Positions 49,535 to 60,112 of a DNA stretch of 64,000 nucleotides are shown one piece after another. The DNA lies in NCBI GenBank assembly GCA_014896315.1, contig JADBKP010000010.1, positions 68,821 through 132,820 on the forward strand. Direction: 5' to 3'. Source of the stretch: Limnochordales bacterium (GTDB taxonomy: Bacteria; Bacillota; Limnochordia; Limnochordales; DUMU01). A model generated the notes under the pieces. The model saw nothing but the letters and a program-made list of their open reading frames with translations. It did no database searches and was not told the origin of the DNA. Every line of letters starts with the position of its first letter. Position 1 is the stretch's first letter. Position numbers and translations under genes: made by a program.

Positions 49535-51679
49535 GTTCCAATCGAACCAGTGTGGGATTGAAACGAAGCTGGTGCCAGCCATCGACACCGCTATTGGACT
49601 GGTTCCAATCGAACCAGTGTGGGATTGAAACGCGGCAACACTAGCCCTATTGTGGAGACAGACTGGGGTTCCAATCGAACCAGTGTGGGATTGAAACTTC
49701 CCTGGCCCTCCCCGTCAATGCTACCCGCCTCGGTTCCAATCGAACCAGTGTGGGATTGAAACGGGATGATCGGGCGGATCAGGACACGTCGGAGCAGGGT
49801 TCCAATCGAACCAGTGTGGGATTGAAACAGTTCCGAAGGCAAAAACGAACTTCAGGCTCCCAAGAGTTCCAATCGAACCAGTGTGGGATTGAAACGAATA
49901 CCGATCACGTCCGCCCAACCGATCTTGCAGGGTTCCAATCGAACCAGTGTGGGATTGAAACTGATCACGTCGTAGCCGATCGAGTGTTCCGTCAGCGTTC
50001 CAATCGAACCAGTGTGGGATTGAAACCCGGATCAGCCCGCTATCCCGGGTCTGGCGCACAGGTTCCAATCGAACCAGTGTGGGATTGAAACGCTTCGGCG
50101 AGAGCGGGGGCTCTCGCAGAGCGAGATGTTCCAATCGAACCAGTGTGGGATTGAAACCCAGTTCCCGCCGCACGTCTGCGATGCGAATCACCCGTTCCAA
50201 TCGAACCAGTGTGGGATTGAAACCCGGATCAGCCCGCTATCCCGGGTACGTCGGAGCAGGGTTCCAATCGAACCAGTGTGGGATTGAAACAGTTCCGAAG
50301 GCAAAAACGAACTTCAGGCTCCCAAGAGTTCCAATCGAACCAGTGTGGGATTGAAACGAATACCGACACGTCTGCGATGCGAATCACCCGTTCCAATCGA
50401 ACCAGTGTGGGATTGAAACCGTAAGCGCCGACCTCATTCGCCCGGGCGAGCAGGGTTCCAATCGAACCAGTGTGGGATTGAAACCGGTTGCTCCCGGGGC
50501 GGAGGATTGAGTACCGTCGCCGGTTCCAATCGAACCAGTGTGGGATTGAAACTGATATCCTGGCCCGCCGCCATGAGGCCGCTGCGGCGTTCCAATCGAA
50601 CCAGTGTGGGATTGAAACGACTTTTGGCCGAGCGCATCACGATCGGACGGCTGGGTTCCAATCGAACCAGTGTGGGATTGAAACCGGTTGGGATTGCGAC
50701 GGACGTCGGCAACTTCGCAGGTTCCAATCGAACCAGTGTGGGATTGAAACTCGCGCGCCCGCGCGCCGCTCCTTGCCCAGGTTCCGAGTTCCAATCGAAC
50801 CAGTGTGGGATTGAAACAGCTACAGCGGGCGGGGTACGCTACCGACCCAACCTAGTTCCAATCGAACCAGTGTGGGATTGAAACGCTTGACATCATCGAT
50901 TGGTATCCGGGTGCCATCCTGTTCCAATCGAACCAGTGTGGGATTGAAACCGGGATCGTAGGCTCTGATTTCCCATCCCTTGCCGCGTTCCAATCGAACC
51001 AGTGTGGGATTGAAACCGTCATAAACCTCGTCTCCTTCGTAGATGGGCTGGTGTTCCAATCGAACCAGTGTGGGATTGAAACGGCTACTCGCACTCGGTT
51101 CACCTCCTGGACTCATCGTGTTCCAATCGAACCAGTGTGGGATTGAAACCTGAGAAGGCGGGATACTGCCGAAGGGTCGCAATGAGTTCCAATCGAACCA
51201 GTGTGGGACTGAAACGTGAGCCGGTGGGCGGAAGCCAAGCAGCCCGGCTCGGTTCCAATCGAACCAGTGTGGGATTGAAACCGGTTTGGGTTCGTAGACG
51301 ATGAAGCTCCTGTACGGGTTCCAATCGAACCAGTGTGGGATTGAAACGATCTCTGCTGGGTCATCTTTAACCACCCGAGCATAGTTCCAATCGAACCAGT
51401 GTGGGATTGAAACAGCTGCTTGCGAAGCCTGGCGATCCGTTGCCCGAGAGTTCCAATCGAACCAGTGTGGGATTGAAACGCAGCTCGGCGATGCGCTGCT
51501 TTGCCTCTTCGGCCTGTTCCAATCGAACCAGTGTGGGATTGAAACGAACACAGGAGGAGAGACTACGGCAAAGCGCCACTGTTCCAATCGAACAAGTGTA
51601 GGATTCAAAACCCGATCACGGCGACGGCAGAATGATCCTATTTGTGGTGTTCCAATCGGACCAGTGGGGCGACGGAAAC
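49535..51679 (+). CRISPR. CRISPR array: 33 repeats (31 perfect or near-perfect, 2 degenerate at the 3' end) and 32 spacers of 32-38 nt
   Basis: Repeat GTTCCAATCGAACCAGTGTGGGATTGAAAC (30 nt, ends ATTGAAAC); repeat 26 has one substitution; degenerate copies at 51581 and 51649. Confidence 0.99.
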
Positions 51680-52000
51680 GGCTGTTAGGCGCTTGAGGGG
51701 GATCTCTAGGGCACCTGCGGTAGCCTTCGGCGGTATCGCTTTTGCCGAATTGGCCGTGCGATGGGCGGACGGGGTCTTCCTGCCCCGGCCGGGAGAACCC
51801 TTGCCAGCATGTGGCTGCGGTCTACTTACACCTGGCGGCGATGTCCATTTTGGTTTCAATCGTAGCCTCTCGTCGTTGACCACGCCCGCCTCGTGGCCGC
51901 GGCAGCTGGAGCCTTTTCCCTTCTGGTGGGGCGAACAGCGGCTGGGCGAGGTACCCCGCCGGATCTATGCCCGTGCAGCCGCGTTGGCCCGCGGATCTGC

Positions 52001-54661
52001 TCAAGGAAGAGATGGCCGAGCGGTGCGGCGTTTGCTCCAGTTACGGGCCGCCTTCACCAATTCCCACCAGAAGGTTGCGGCCAGCCCGACTGCCCAGCCT
52101 GCCTGGGTCAGATTGAGTGGTGCTGTCGCGAACACTTTCTGCAGAAACGGAACGTACACGATCGCGATCAGGGCAATCAACGTGATACCGTTCACCCATA
52201 CGCGAGCCTTGTTTTTCGTCCGAACCAGAGCCTGAAGAGCAAACTGCGTTTCACTGCCGTTGACGAGTACAAGGCCGGTGTTGGACAGAACCAGAGTGGC
52301 AAAGGACACCGTGCGTGCCAACTCCACACTTGCACCGCTACTGATCAGATGCATATATGGCAACAGAGTAGCCAGCAGGACGGTAGCTCCCTGGAGCAGA
52401 ACCTGGGCGAGCATCCCCCGGTTTACGAGAGGTTCTTGCGGCGACCGCGGCGGTCTCGCCATAACATTCGCTTCCGCCGGTTGAGCCTCGAAGACGATGG
52501 AACACGTCGGGTCGATCAGCAGTTCCAGGAGCACGATGTGAACTGGCAGCAAAAGCAATGGCAGCTGCAGAGCCGGAACCAGCAAGGCCAGGGCGGCGAT
52601 GGGGATGTGGATTATCATGATGTAGGCGATGGCCTTCCGGATGTTGTCGTAGATCCGGCGCCCGTCCTCTACCGAGCGAACTATCGTTGTGAAATTGTCG
52701 TCCAGCAGGATCATGTCGGCCGCCTGCGGGCGACTTCTGTCCCCCGGCGTCCCATGGCGATGCCGATGTCGGCCTCTTTCAGCGCCGGTCCGTCGTTGAC
52801 ACCGTCACCCGTCATGGCGGTGATATCGCCGTTATGCTGCAGACTGCGAACGATCCGCAGTTTGTGCTGGGGCACGACGCGAGCGAAAATGTCTGTATGC
52901 CGGACCGCCTCGGCCAGCTCGGCATCGCTCATCCGCTCTATGTCCGCGCCGGTGATGACCCGTTCACACTGAGCGAGACCAACCTCCCGTCCGATGGCGT
53001 GGGCGGTTACCGCATGGTCGCGGGTGATCATCACTACCCGGACCCCGGCTTGCCTGCAGGTTATAACCGCTTCCCGTACACCCGGACGGGGCGGGTCGGC
53101 GAGGGCCATCAGTCCGACGAATGTCAGCGGATAGTCGGAGATGTCCGCGGCAAAGGGTGCGGTCACTCCCTCGGCCTTGGCAAAGGCCACTACACGCCAG
53201 CCCTGCCGGGCGAGGCGCATCAGTGCGGCCTCGACGTCGGCCTGCTCAGCGGGTGTCAACTGGCCTAGCGGCAGCACCGTCTCGGGTGAACCCTTCACGG
53301 CCAACAATGCCTTGGGCTGGGCAGCGCGGGCATTACTGGCATTGTTCGCTGGTGTCGCTGCTGACCGGGGTTGCCAAATGTGGCCCATCATCTTATTCAC
53401 AGGAGTGAAGGGATACTCGTGAACGAAGTCACGCCCTTCGTACAAGCTTTCGGGTGGGTATCCGCTTTGGCGTGCAACGTCATGGAAGGCCTTCTCCATC
53501 GGGTCGTACGGCTCCGTCTCACTGGCGAGGACTCCTAGCTTCAGGAGTTCCCGGGCCGTCCGGGCGAACTCCGGATCGTCGACCTGCCAGTCCCGGCCAC
53601 CGAAGTAAGCGCCGCGGACGGTCATCTGGTTGAGCGTGAGGGTCCCGGTCTTGTCGACGCAGAGGACGGTGGCGGACCCCAGCGTCTCGACGGCGGGTAT
53701 CTTGCGCATGAGGGCCCGGTTTTGCCCCAGCCGCCAGGCTCCCAGCGCCAGGAAGACGGTGAGTACCACTGGGAATTCCTCGGGAATCATTGCCATTGCC
53801 AGAGTGATGCCGGCGATCACGCTGTTGACCCAGCCCGCGCCTCGGGCCAGGGTCACGATGACCACGAGCATGTACAGCACAAGACCCAGCCAGGCCATAG
53901 CTCTGACCAGCTGCCGGATCTTGACGTGCAAGGGCGTAGGTCTTTCCTCGACTTCCGCCAGGGCTTTGCCAATGCGTCCATATTGCGTCGCTGCGCCCGT
54001 GGCCACGACTTCCGCCAACCCCTGCCCGTGAACCACCATGGTCCCGGCGTAGCACGTGTCACGCCGCCAGAACTCGTCAGTGCTATCATTCCTGCTGCCA
54101 TTGTGTGCTGTGCATCAGGATAGGGAGCGGCTTTCTTCCACACGGGTTCGGATTCACCGGTGAGGATTGATTCGTCGACAGCCAGATCGGCAACCTCCAG
54201 AAGGCGGCCATCGGCTGCGACACGTTCACCTTCCTCGAGAATGAGAATATCTCCCGGTACTACTTCGCGCGTAGGGATGCGTTGCCGTTTACAGTCGCGC
54301 AATACCGTAGCCTTAGGAGCAGACAGATCTTTTAGTGCCTGGATGGTCTTTTCGGTACGCCATTCCTGTACGAAGGTGATTCCTACCTCGAAGAAGACGA
54401 AGACTGCCATAGTTGCCGCTTCGTGGATCTCACCCAGGACAAGATAGACGGCCAAGGCGCCGACAAGAAGCAAAAACATGGGCTCCTTAAACGCAGCGAT
54501 GAACGTACCGAGGGGTTGAGCGGTTTACTCTCAGTTAACTCGTTTGGTCCCCATTTGCTCAGCCGGGCCTTGGCCTCTTCTTGTGTTAGTCCTGTGCGCG
54601 TGAATTGGATTGCCGACTGGGTGCTAACGTTGAGAACACGTTGCTGTTCTGTTATGGACAC
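52001..54661 (-). pseudogene. cation-transporting P2-type ATPase with three frameshifts
   Basis: GLTQEEAKARL..WGPNEL, DESILTGES, IPEEFP, DKTGTLT, KGSPE, MTGDGVNDGPALK, ILLDDNF; breaks near 54510, 54075-54110 and 52727. Confidence 0.9.
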
Positions 54662-55433
54662 GATCCCCCTATGTTTGCCCATGTTTAGCACATGTGGAAA
54701 AAGCCTGCGAGACATCGTCCCGCAGGCTTATCCTGCTGCTCTGTCGAGCCCAGCCGGCAGTATCCCCGCCGACTTGACACTTCTATCTAAGCATGCGGTT
54801 GCCTGCTATGTCAACATAGTATCGCTTAATAGATGACAAGTGCAGCCGATGCGAGATCGATAATTAATCTCACATTAGCCGCTTTGGTATGTTTAACATG
54901 TGTGGCTGCTTATGTGCAAGGAATACGTAGATATAGCCTGAGATCCGGTTGACGATGTCCTACCTAGAAGACTCCACTCTGAAACAAGTTCTTAACCCAA
55001 CCGCGGATAGTATTCCATAACTACGTCAACGGCATCACAGCCATTGTCCGGCCGGAATGCGTTCCCGGCGGCCACGTAGAGTACCAGGTGGGCGGCGGGA
55101 CTCCATTCATGTTCAGTGTCGTGGTCGATGTCTTCCGAAGGTCCGTCCAAGGCATGCCCGAAGCCTGGAATTCGCCCAGGTAAAATACGGATTGCCCCGC
55201 CACCGGCCTCCACTGGAACGCCGGCTGGTTGGAACGAGAGCCTCGCAAAGAAGGCTGACCGGCCGTCATCCCCGTAGTTTGCCTGGGTAGAAGAGCGAGC
55301 GACCGTAAGTGACTGGGCACAGTGCTATGCGGGCGCTCTTGCCTGACTGATCTGGTGTTGTCGCGCCGGGGGGTGTACCCTGTTAAAGGGCAGACCGGAT
55401 GGTGAAAACAGTTACTAGACCGGAGGGCGACAG

Positions 55434-58400
55434 TTGACAGGGCGAGTCACGGTCATCCACGCCGCTTTCCTTCAAGGGAGGTTGACCATTTGGGGGGAGC
55501 GGTCCGGAGCAGACTGGGTGGAGGTAGAGCAGGTCGGCGAAGGACAGGCCAGGGAAGGACAGGTCACGGAAGGACTGGCTTGGAAAGGACCTGAGGAATC
55601 GATAGAGGGTTTAGCGCGGGGTGGCCAAGACGTCGTGGAGACCGGCGGTGGGCCGCAAGAACTGTCACGGGACCGGAGTGTGCCGGCAGCTGCGGCCGGA
55701 GCTGTACGCCAGCAGCCGGTCCGGCGGCGGGGATCTTCCCGGCGCATGCGGGTCAAGCCTTTTCCATACGATGCCGGGCCGTTGGTGCTGGCAGAGGCTT
55801 TGTCTTGTGCGGGAGTCGAACCGGGGACTGCCGTCACAGTTGCGGCTGCCGCCTGGTTGCCTTCGCTGCCGGATCTCCCGGCAGCGTCCACGCCTGAGGT
55901 CGGGCCGCTCCTGACTGAAGCTGACACCCGAGGTAACCTGGAGCTGCGGCCCTGGCAGGTCTGGGCCAAAGCGCTGCCGGCAGCGGCCGCCATCAAGTTT
56001 CTCGCCGGGTGTAGTGAGCGCCGGCTTCTTCGCCCAGGTCTCATAGTAGGGCACGACCTGCGGTTTTGGGCCTCGGCACTGCGGATGGTCTTGGGCATGG
56101 TCAAGCGGGGCGAGTTCCTGCCCGATGTACAACAGGTTCACGGTGGGTATCGTGCCCGTTGGTCGCCGCTTTGGCTGGCCGGCACGCGCCAACAGCTGGC
56201 GGACTTGGCCGCAGCGATGCCTCCCGTGTGCCGGGCGCTTGCTCCGTGCGGCAAGACTTCGCTGCGACCTGCGGCGAGCGCCGAAACCGTGCTGGCTGAG
56301 TTCATTTCCACCATGGTGGATCAACTGGTGCGTCTGGCCGCCGGTCAGCGGCGGGGGGAGGGTGGCGGCGAGAGTGTACGCCGTGCTCTGAGCCGAAATG
56401 TGCGGACCGGTGGGGAGAACGTTTACGACCAGTTTTTGCAGGCTCTGCAGGAAACAGGTGAGCCGGGCGACAAGAAGAGCGGCCGTGGCACTTCCAGCCG
56501 CGGGCAAGTCGCGGGAATGCTGCATGGCCCTGGTGCCAAGCTCGCACAGCTCGCCGCGGCCGTTCAGGAGTGGCAGCGACCGCTGATACTTTCGCACGCA
56601 GCGCCGTTTAAGTTAACGTTCCGCCTGGAGGAGCACGGGGTGGGATCGCCCACCTCGGCCGAGACCATTGAGCCCAATGCTCCGGCCGAGCTCGTTGGGG
56701 CAGACGCCATGCCTGCGCCTGTTGCGGCCGACGGACCGCAGGCAGCCGGCTCAGAGACGGTAGTGGCGGCAGCGGGGGTGACGGAAGCGGGGGCAGCAGC
56801 GGCGGTGGCGGAGACCGGGGCGGCGGCGGTGGCAACAGGGGCCGGAGCGGGCTGGTACGTACGCTACTTCCTGCAGTCCCGGGCCGATCCGAGCCTGCTG
56901 ATCCCGGCGGAAGAAGTGTGGCAGCGTGACGGAAGACTGGGGCCAGTTTTGCAGTCAGCGGGTTTGTCCGGCGCGGTGGCCGCGGCTGAGCTGCTTCTGG
57001 TCAACCTGGGACGTGCCGCCCGGCTGTGTCCCGAAGTTGCGGAAAGCCTAAGACAAGCGCGTCCCAGCGGTTTCGCACTGGACACGCAGGGTGCATACCG
57101 TTTTCTGACCGAGCGTGCTCCAGGTCTTGAAGAAGCGGGTTTTGGCCTGTTGCTGCCTGCATGGTGGGTGGACGGCCGCACCAAGCTGCGTCCCGCAGTG
57201 CGTGCTAGGGTCGTTGCCCCCAAGGTTAAGGGTGGCGGTTTCTTATCCCTTGACGACGTGGTCCGGTTTGACTGGCAGATCGCGTTGGGGGACGAACCGT
57301 TGACGTTGGCCGAGCTCAATGACCTGGCCCGGCTGAAGTTGCCGCTCGTGCAAATACGGGGGCAATGGGTGCAGATAGATCCCGAGGAGATCCGGGCGCT
57401 GAGCGACTTCCTCAAAAAGCGAGCCCCGGCGCAGGCGACGGCCCGGGAGGCTCTGGTACTGGCGCTGGGAGGCAGTCTGCCGGCGGCCGGCAGCCTTGCT
57501 GCGGATTCGCACGTGGATGTGAAGGTCGAGTTCGGCGGATCGGAAGAAGACGAAGGCGGATCCTGGCTGGGCGAGCTGCTGGCACAGCTCGAGGGTAAGA
57601 CGCCGTTTGCTGAACTGCCACCGCCCCGGGGGTTCGTCGGCACCCTCCGGCCGTACCAGCGCCGGGGGTACTCGAGGCTGGCTTTCCTGGCCCGCTGGGG
57701 TTTGGGAGCATGTTTGGCAGACGACATGGGATTGGGCAAGACGGTGCAGACGCTGGCCTTGGTACAGCGATTCTGGGAGGAGGGTCAAGCGGAAACGGAA
57801 GCGGCAGCCCGGCAAGGCCCGGCCGGGGACGCCGCGGGGCCTCGGTCGTGGCCCGCCCCGGTGCTCTTGATCTGTCCGACTTCCGTAGTGAATAACTGGC
57901 GCCGGGAGGCGGCGCGGTTTACCCCTGGGCTGCCGGTCCTCGTTCACCACGGCCCTAACCGCTGCAGAGGGGATGAGTTCGTCCGGGCCGTGGCAGGCAA
58001 GGCACTGGTTATCTCCAGCTATGCGCTGCTGGCACGGGACGTCGACACCTTCCAGCGCGTTCACTGGTCAGGCGTGATCCTCGACGAGGCTCAGAACATC
58101 AAAAACCCGGAGACCCGCCAGGCCAAGGCAGCCCGTTCCTTGACCGCCGAATACCGCATTGCCTTGACCGGCACCCCGGTGGAGAACAATGTGGGAGACC
58201 TCTGGTCCATCATGGAATTCCTCAACCCTGGCTACCTGGGGTCGCAAGCCCAGTTCCAGCGGCGCTTCTTCATCCCCATTCAGATGAGGCGGGATGTGGA
58301 AGCAACGAGCCGCTTGCAGCGGTTGACGCGCCCCTTCATCTTGCGGCGTCTCAAGACGGATCGTAACATCATCACGGACCTGCCCGACAAAATCGAAACC

Positions 58401-59132
58401 AAGGTCTACTGCGGTTTGACCAAGGAACAAGCCTCGCTCTACCAGGCGGTCGTGAAAGATGTGGAGAGGCGGTTGGACGAGACGAGCGGGATGGAGCGCA
58501 AGGGTCTCATCCTGGCCACTCTGACCAAGTTGAAGCAGATTTGCAATCACCCGGCCCATTTCCTCGGAGACAGATCATCATTACCCGGCCGCTCCGGCAA
58601 ACTCAACCGTCTGACGGAGATCATCGAAGAAATCCTAGCCGTCGGTGATCGAGCGCTCATTTTCACACAGTTCACCGAGATGGGTGAACTGTTGCAGCAG
58701 TATCTTGAAGAACAATTCGGCCGGGAGGTGCTTTTCCTGCACGGCGGTGTTCCCAAACGCCGCCGGGATGAAATGGTGGAAAGGTTTGAGAAGGATGACG
58801 ACGGTCCACCGCTGTTTGTGCTTTCGTTGAAAGCCGGGGGTACGGGACTCAACCTCGTACGGGCCAATCATGTGTTTCATTTCGATCGGTGGTGGAATCC
58901 GGCAGTGGAAAACCAGGCTACGGATCGAGCCTTCCGGATCGGGCAGGTGCGAGCGGTTCAGGTGCACAAGTTTGTGTGTGTCGGAACGGTGGAAGAGAAG
59001 ATAGATGAGATGATCGAAAGTAAGCTGGAGCTGGCCGGGCGCATCGTAGGAACCGGCGAAGGCTGGTTGACGGAGCTTTCCACGGATCAATTGCGGGAAC
59101 TGTTTGCTTTGCGTAAGGACGCGATAGGATGA
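55434..59132 (+). CDS. SNF2-family helicase/ATPase (YwqA-like)
   Basis: LADDMGLGKT, ILDEAQNIKN, LTGTPVEN, SLKAGGTGLNL, DRWWNPAVENQATDRAFRIGQ. Confidence 0.95.
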   Translation: MTGRVTVIHAAFLQGRLTIWGERSGADWVEVEQVGEGQAREGQVTEGLAWKGPEESIEGLARGGQDVVETGGGPQELSRDRSVPAAAAGAVRQQPVRRRGSSRRMRVKPFPYDAGPLVLAEALSCAGVEPGTAVTVAAAAWLPSLPDLPAASTPEVGPLLTEADTRGNLELRPWQVWAKALPAAAAIKFLAGCSERRLLRPGLIVGHDLRFWASALRMVLGMVKRGEFLPDVQQVHGGYRARWSPLWLAGTRQQLADLAAAMPPVCRALAPCGKTSLRPAASAETVLAEFISTMVDQLVRLAAGQRRGEGGGESVRRALSRNVRTGGENVYDQFLQALQETGEPGDKKSGRGTSSRGQVAGMLHGPGAKLAQLAAAVQEWQRPLILSHAAPFKLTFRLEEHGVGSPTSAETIEPNAPAELVGADAMPAPVAADGPQAAGSETVVAAAGVTEAGAAAAVAETGAAAVATGAGAGWYVRYFLQSRADPSLLIPAEEVWQRDGRLGPVLQSAGLSGAVAAAELLLVNLGRAARLCPEVAESLRQARPSGFALDTQGAYRFLTERAPGLEEAGFGLLLPAWWVDGRTKLRPAVRARVVAPKVKGGGFLSLDDVVRFDWQIALGDEPLTLAELNDLARLKLPLVQIRGQWVQIDPEEIRALSDFLKKRAPAQATAREALVLALGGSLPAAGSLAADSHVDVKVEFGGSEEDEGGSWLGELLAQLEGKTPFAELPPPRGFVGTLRPYQRRGYSRLAFLARWGLGACLADDMGLGKTVQTLALVQRFWEEGQAETEAAARQGPAGDAAGPRSWPAPVLLICPTSVVNNWRREAARFTPGLPVLVHHGPNRCRGDEFVRAVAGKALVISSYALLARDVDTFQRVHWSGVILDEAQNIKNPETRQAKAARSLTAEYRIALTGTPVENNVGDLWSIMEFLNPGYLGSQAQFQRRFFIPIQMRRDVEATSRLQRLTRPFILRRLKTDRNIITDLPDKIETKVYCGLTKEQASLYQAVVKDVERRLDETSGMERKGLILATLTKLKQICNHPAHFLGDRSSLPGRSGKLNRLTEIIEEILAVGDRALIFTQFTEMGELLQQYLEEQFGREVLFLHGGVPKRRRDEMVERFEKDDDGPPLFVLSLKAGGTGLNLVRANHVFHFDRWWNPAVENQATDRAFRIGQVRAVQVHKFVCVGTVEEKIDEMIESKLELAGRIVGTGEGWLTELSTDQLRELFALRKDAIG

Positions 59133-60112
59133 GCAGGAGAGTCAAGGGAACGGGCGACAGGATCCGTGTCCGCAGTCGCCGGGGGGATTTCGGTACGAGC
59201 TGGTGGGCACGGCGCTGGTCGGAGATGCTGTCTGGTATGATCAGCCGGTCCCGGCTCAGCCGGGGGCGCACGTATGCCCGCGCAGGTCAGGTCGTGGCGC
59301 TGGACGTGAGCAAGGGCACGATTACCGCCCGGGTGCAGGGGTCGCGGGTGTATCCCTACCGGGTAACGATCCGGGTGAAGCCGTTGGCTGAGGATGCTTG
59401 GCGGCGGGTGGCCGGGGCGCTGGCCCGCGAGCCGCGGTTTGTGGCGGCGCTGCTTGCAGGGGAGATCCCCGAGGAGATTGAGGGCGTGTTCGCAGATCTT
59501 GGCCTATCGCTCTTGCCGAACCGGCCGAGCGATATCCGGACGGAATGTTCCTGCCCGGACTGGGAGAATCCCTGCAAGCATGTGGCCGCCGTCTACTTGC
59601 TCTTTGCCGAGGCTCTCGATCGCGACCCCTTCTTGCTTTTCCGGTTACGCGGCATCACTCGCGACGAACTGCTGGCTGCCGTGGTAGCCGGGAGCGAACG
59701 CGAGGCCACGGTGCAGCAGCCCGCAAGCACCGCGGCGGCGAGCGCCAAGCCGGGGACGGCTGATGAGCCAAAAGCCCTGCAGCCCCAGGCCAGTGACCAT
59801 GTCCCGGGCGAGGCCGGCCAACCGGTTGCATCGGGCAATGGCAGGACGGAAGAGTTGCCCGCGGACCCGGAGGTCTTTTGGCGAGGAGGTCGTGGCCGGG
59901 GCAGGGCGGAGCAAGACGCGCTGATCTCCGGGGAAGGGAAAGATGACCGTGCCTCTGCCTACTACCTGGCCGGTGCTGAGCCGGACAGGTGGCTGCGACA
60001 GCTGGGGAGCTTCTCTTTCTGGCCGGGCAAGCAGCCCCTGGAGGAAGCTCTGGCCCCACTTTACGCCCGGGCGGCTGCCTTGGCCCGCGAGCTGGATCAG
60101 AGGCAGGAATAG
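59129..60112 (+). CDS. SWIM zinc-finger protein (YwqB-like)
   Basis: RLSRGRTYARAG, CSCPDWENPCKHVAA, DPFLLFRLRG; 4-bp overlap with the SNF2 gene. Confidence 0.93.
   Translation: MSRRVKGTGDRIRVRSRRGDFGTSWWARRWSEMLSGMISRSRLSRGRTYARAGQVVALDVSKGTITARVQGSRVYPYRVTIRVKPLAEDAWRRVAGALAREPRFVAALLAGEIPEEIEGVFADLGLSLLPNRPSDIRTECSCPDWENPCKHVAAVYLLFAEALDRDPFLLFRLRGITRDELLAAVVAGSEREATVQQPASTAAASAKPGTADEPKALQPQASDHVPGEAGQPVASGNGRTEELPADPEVFWRGGRGRGRAEQDALISGEGKDDRASAYYLAGAEPDRWLRQLGSFSFWPGKQPLEEALAPLYARAAALARELDQRQE

Noticed and set aside
49535-51679. Self-targeting spacers within this window
   Set aside because: I saw no spacer match outside the array by eye; a full search was not possible, so this is not excluded.
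49407-51883. Many ORFs across the CRISPR array (FQSHTGSIGT, VSIPHWFDWN, SNRTSVGLK repeats)
   Set aside because: They are translations of the repeat unit, not genes.
54970-55330. Short minus-strand ORFs and AT-rich spacer upstream of SNF2
   Set aside because: No recognisable protein motif, riboswitch or repeat structure.
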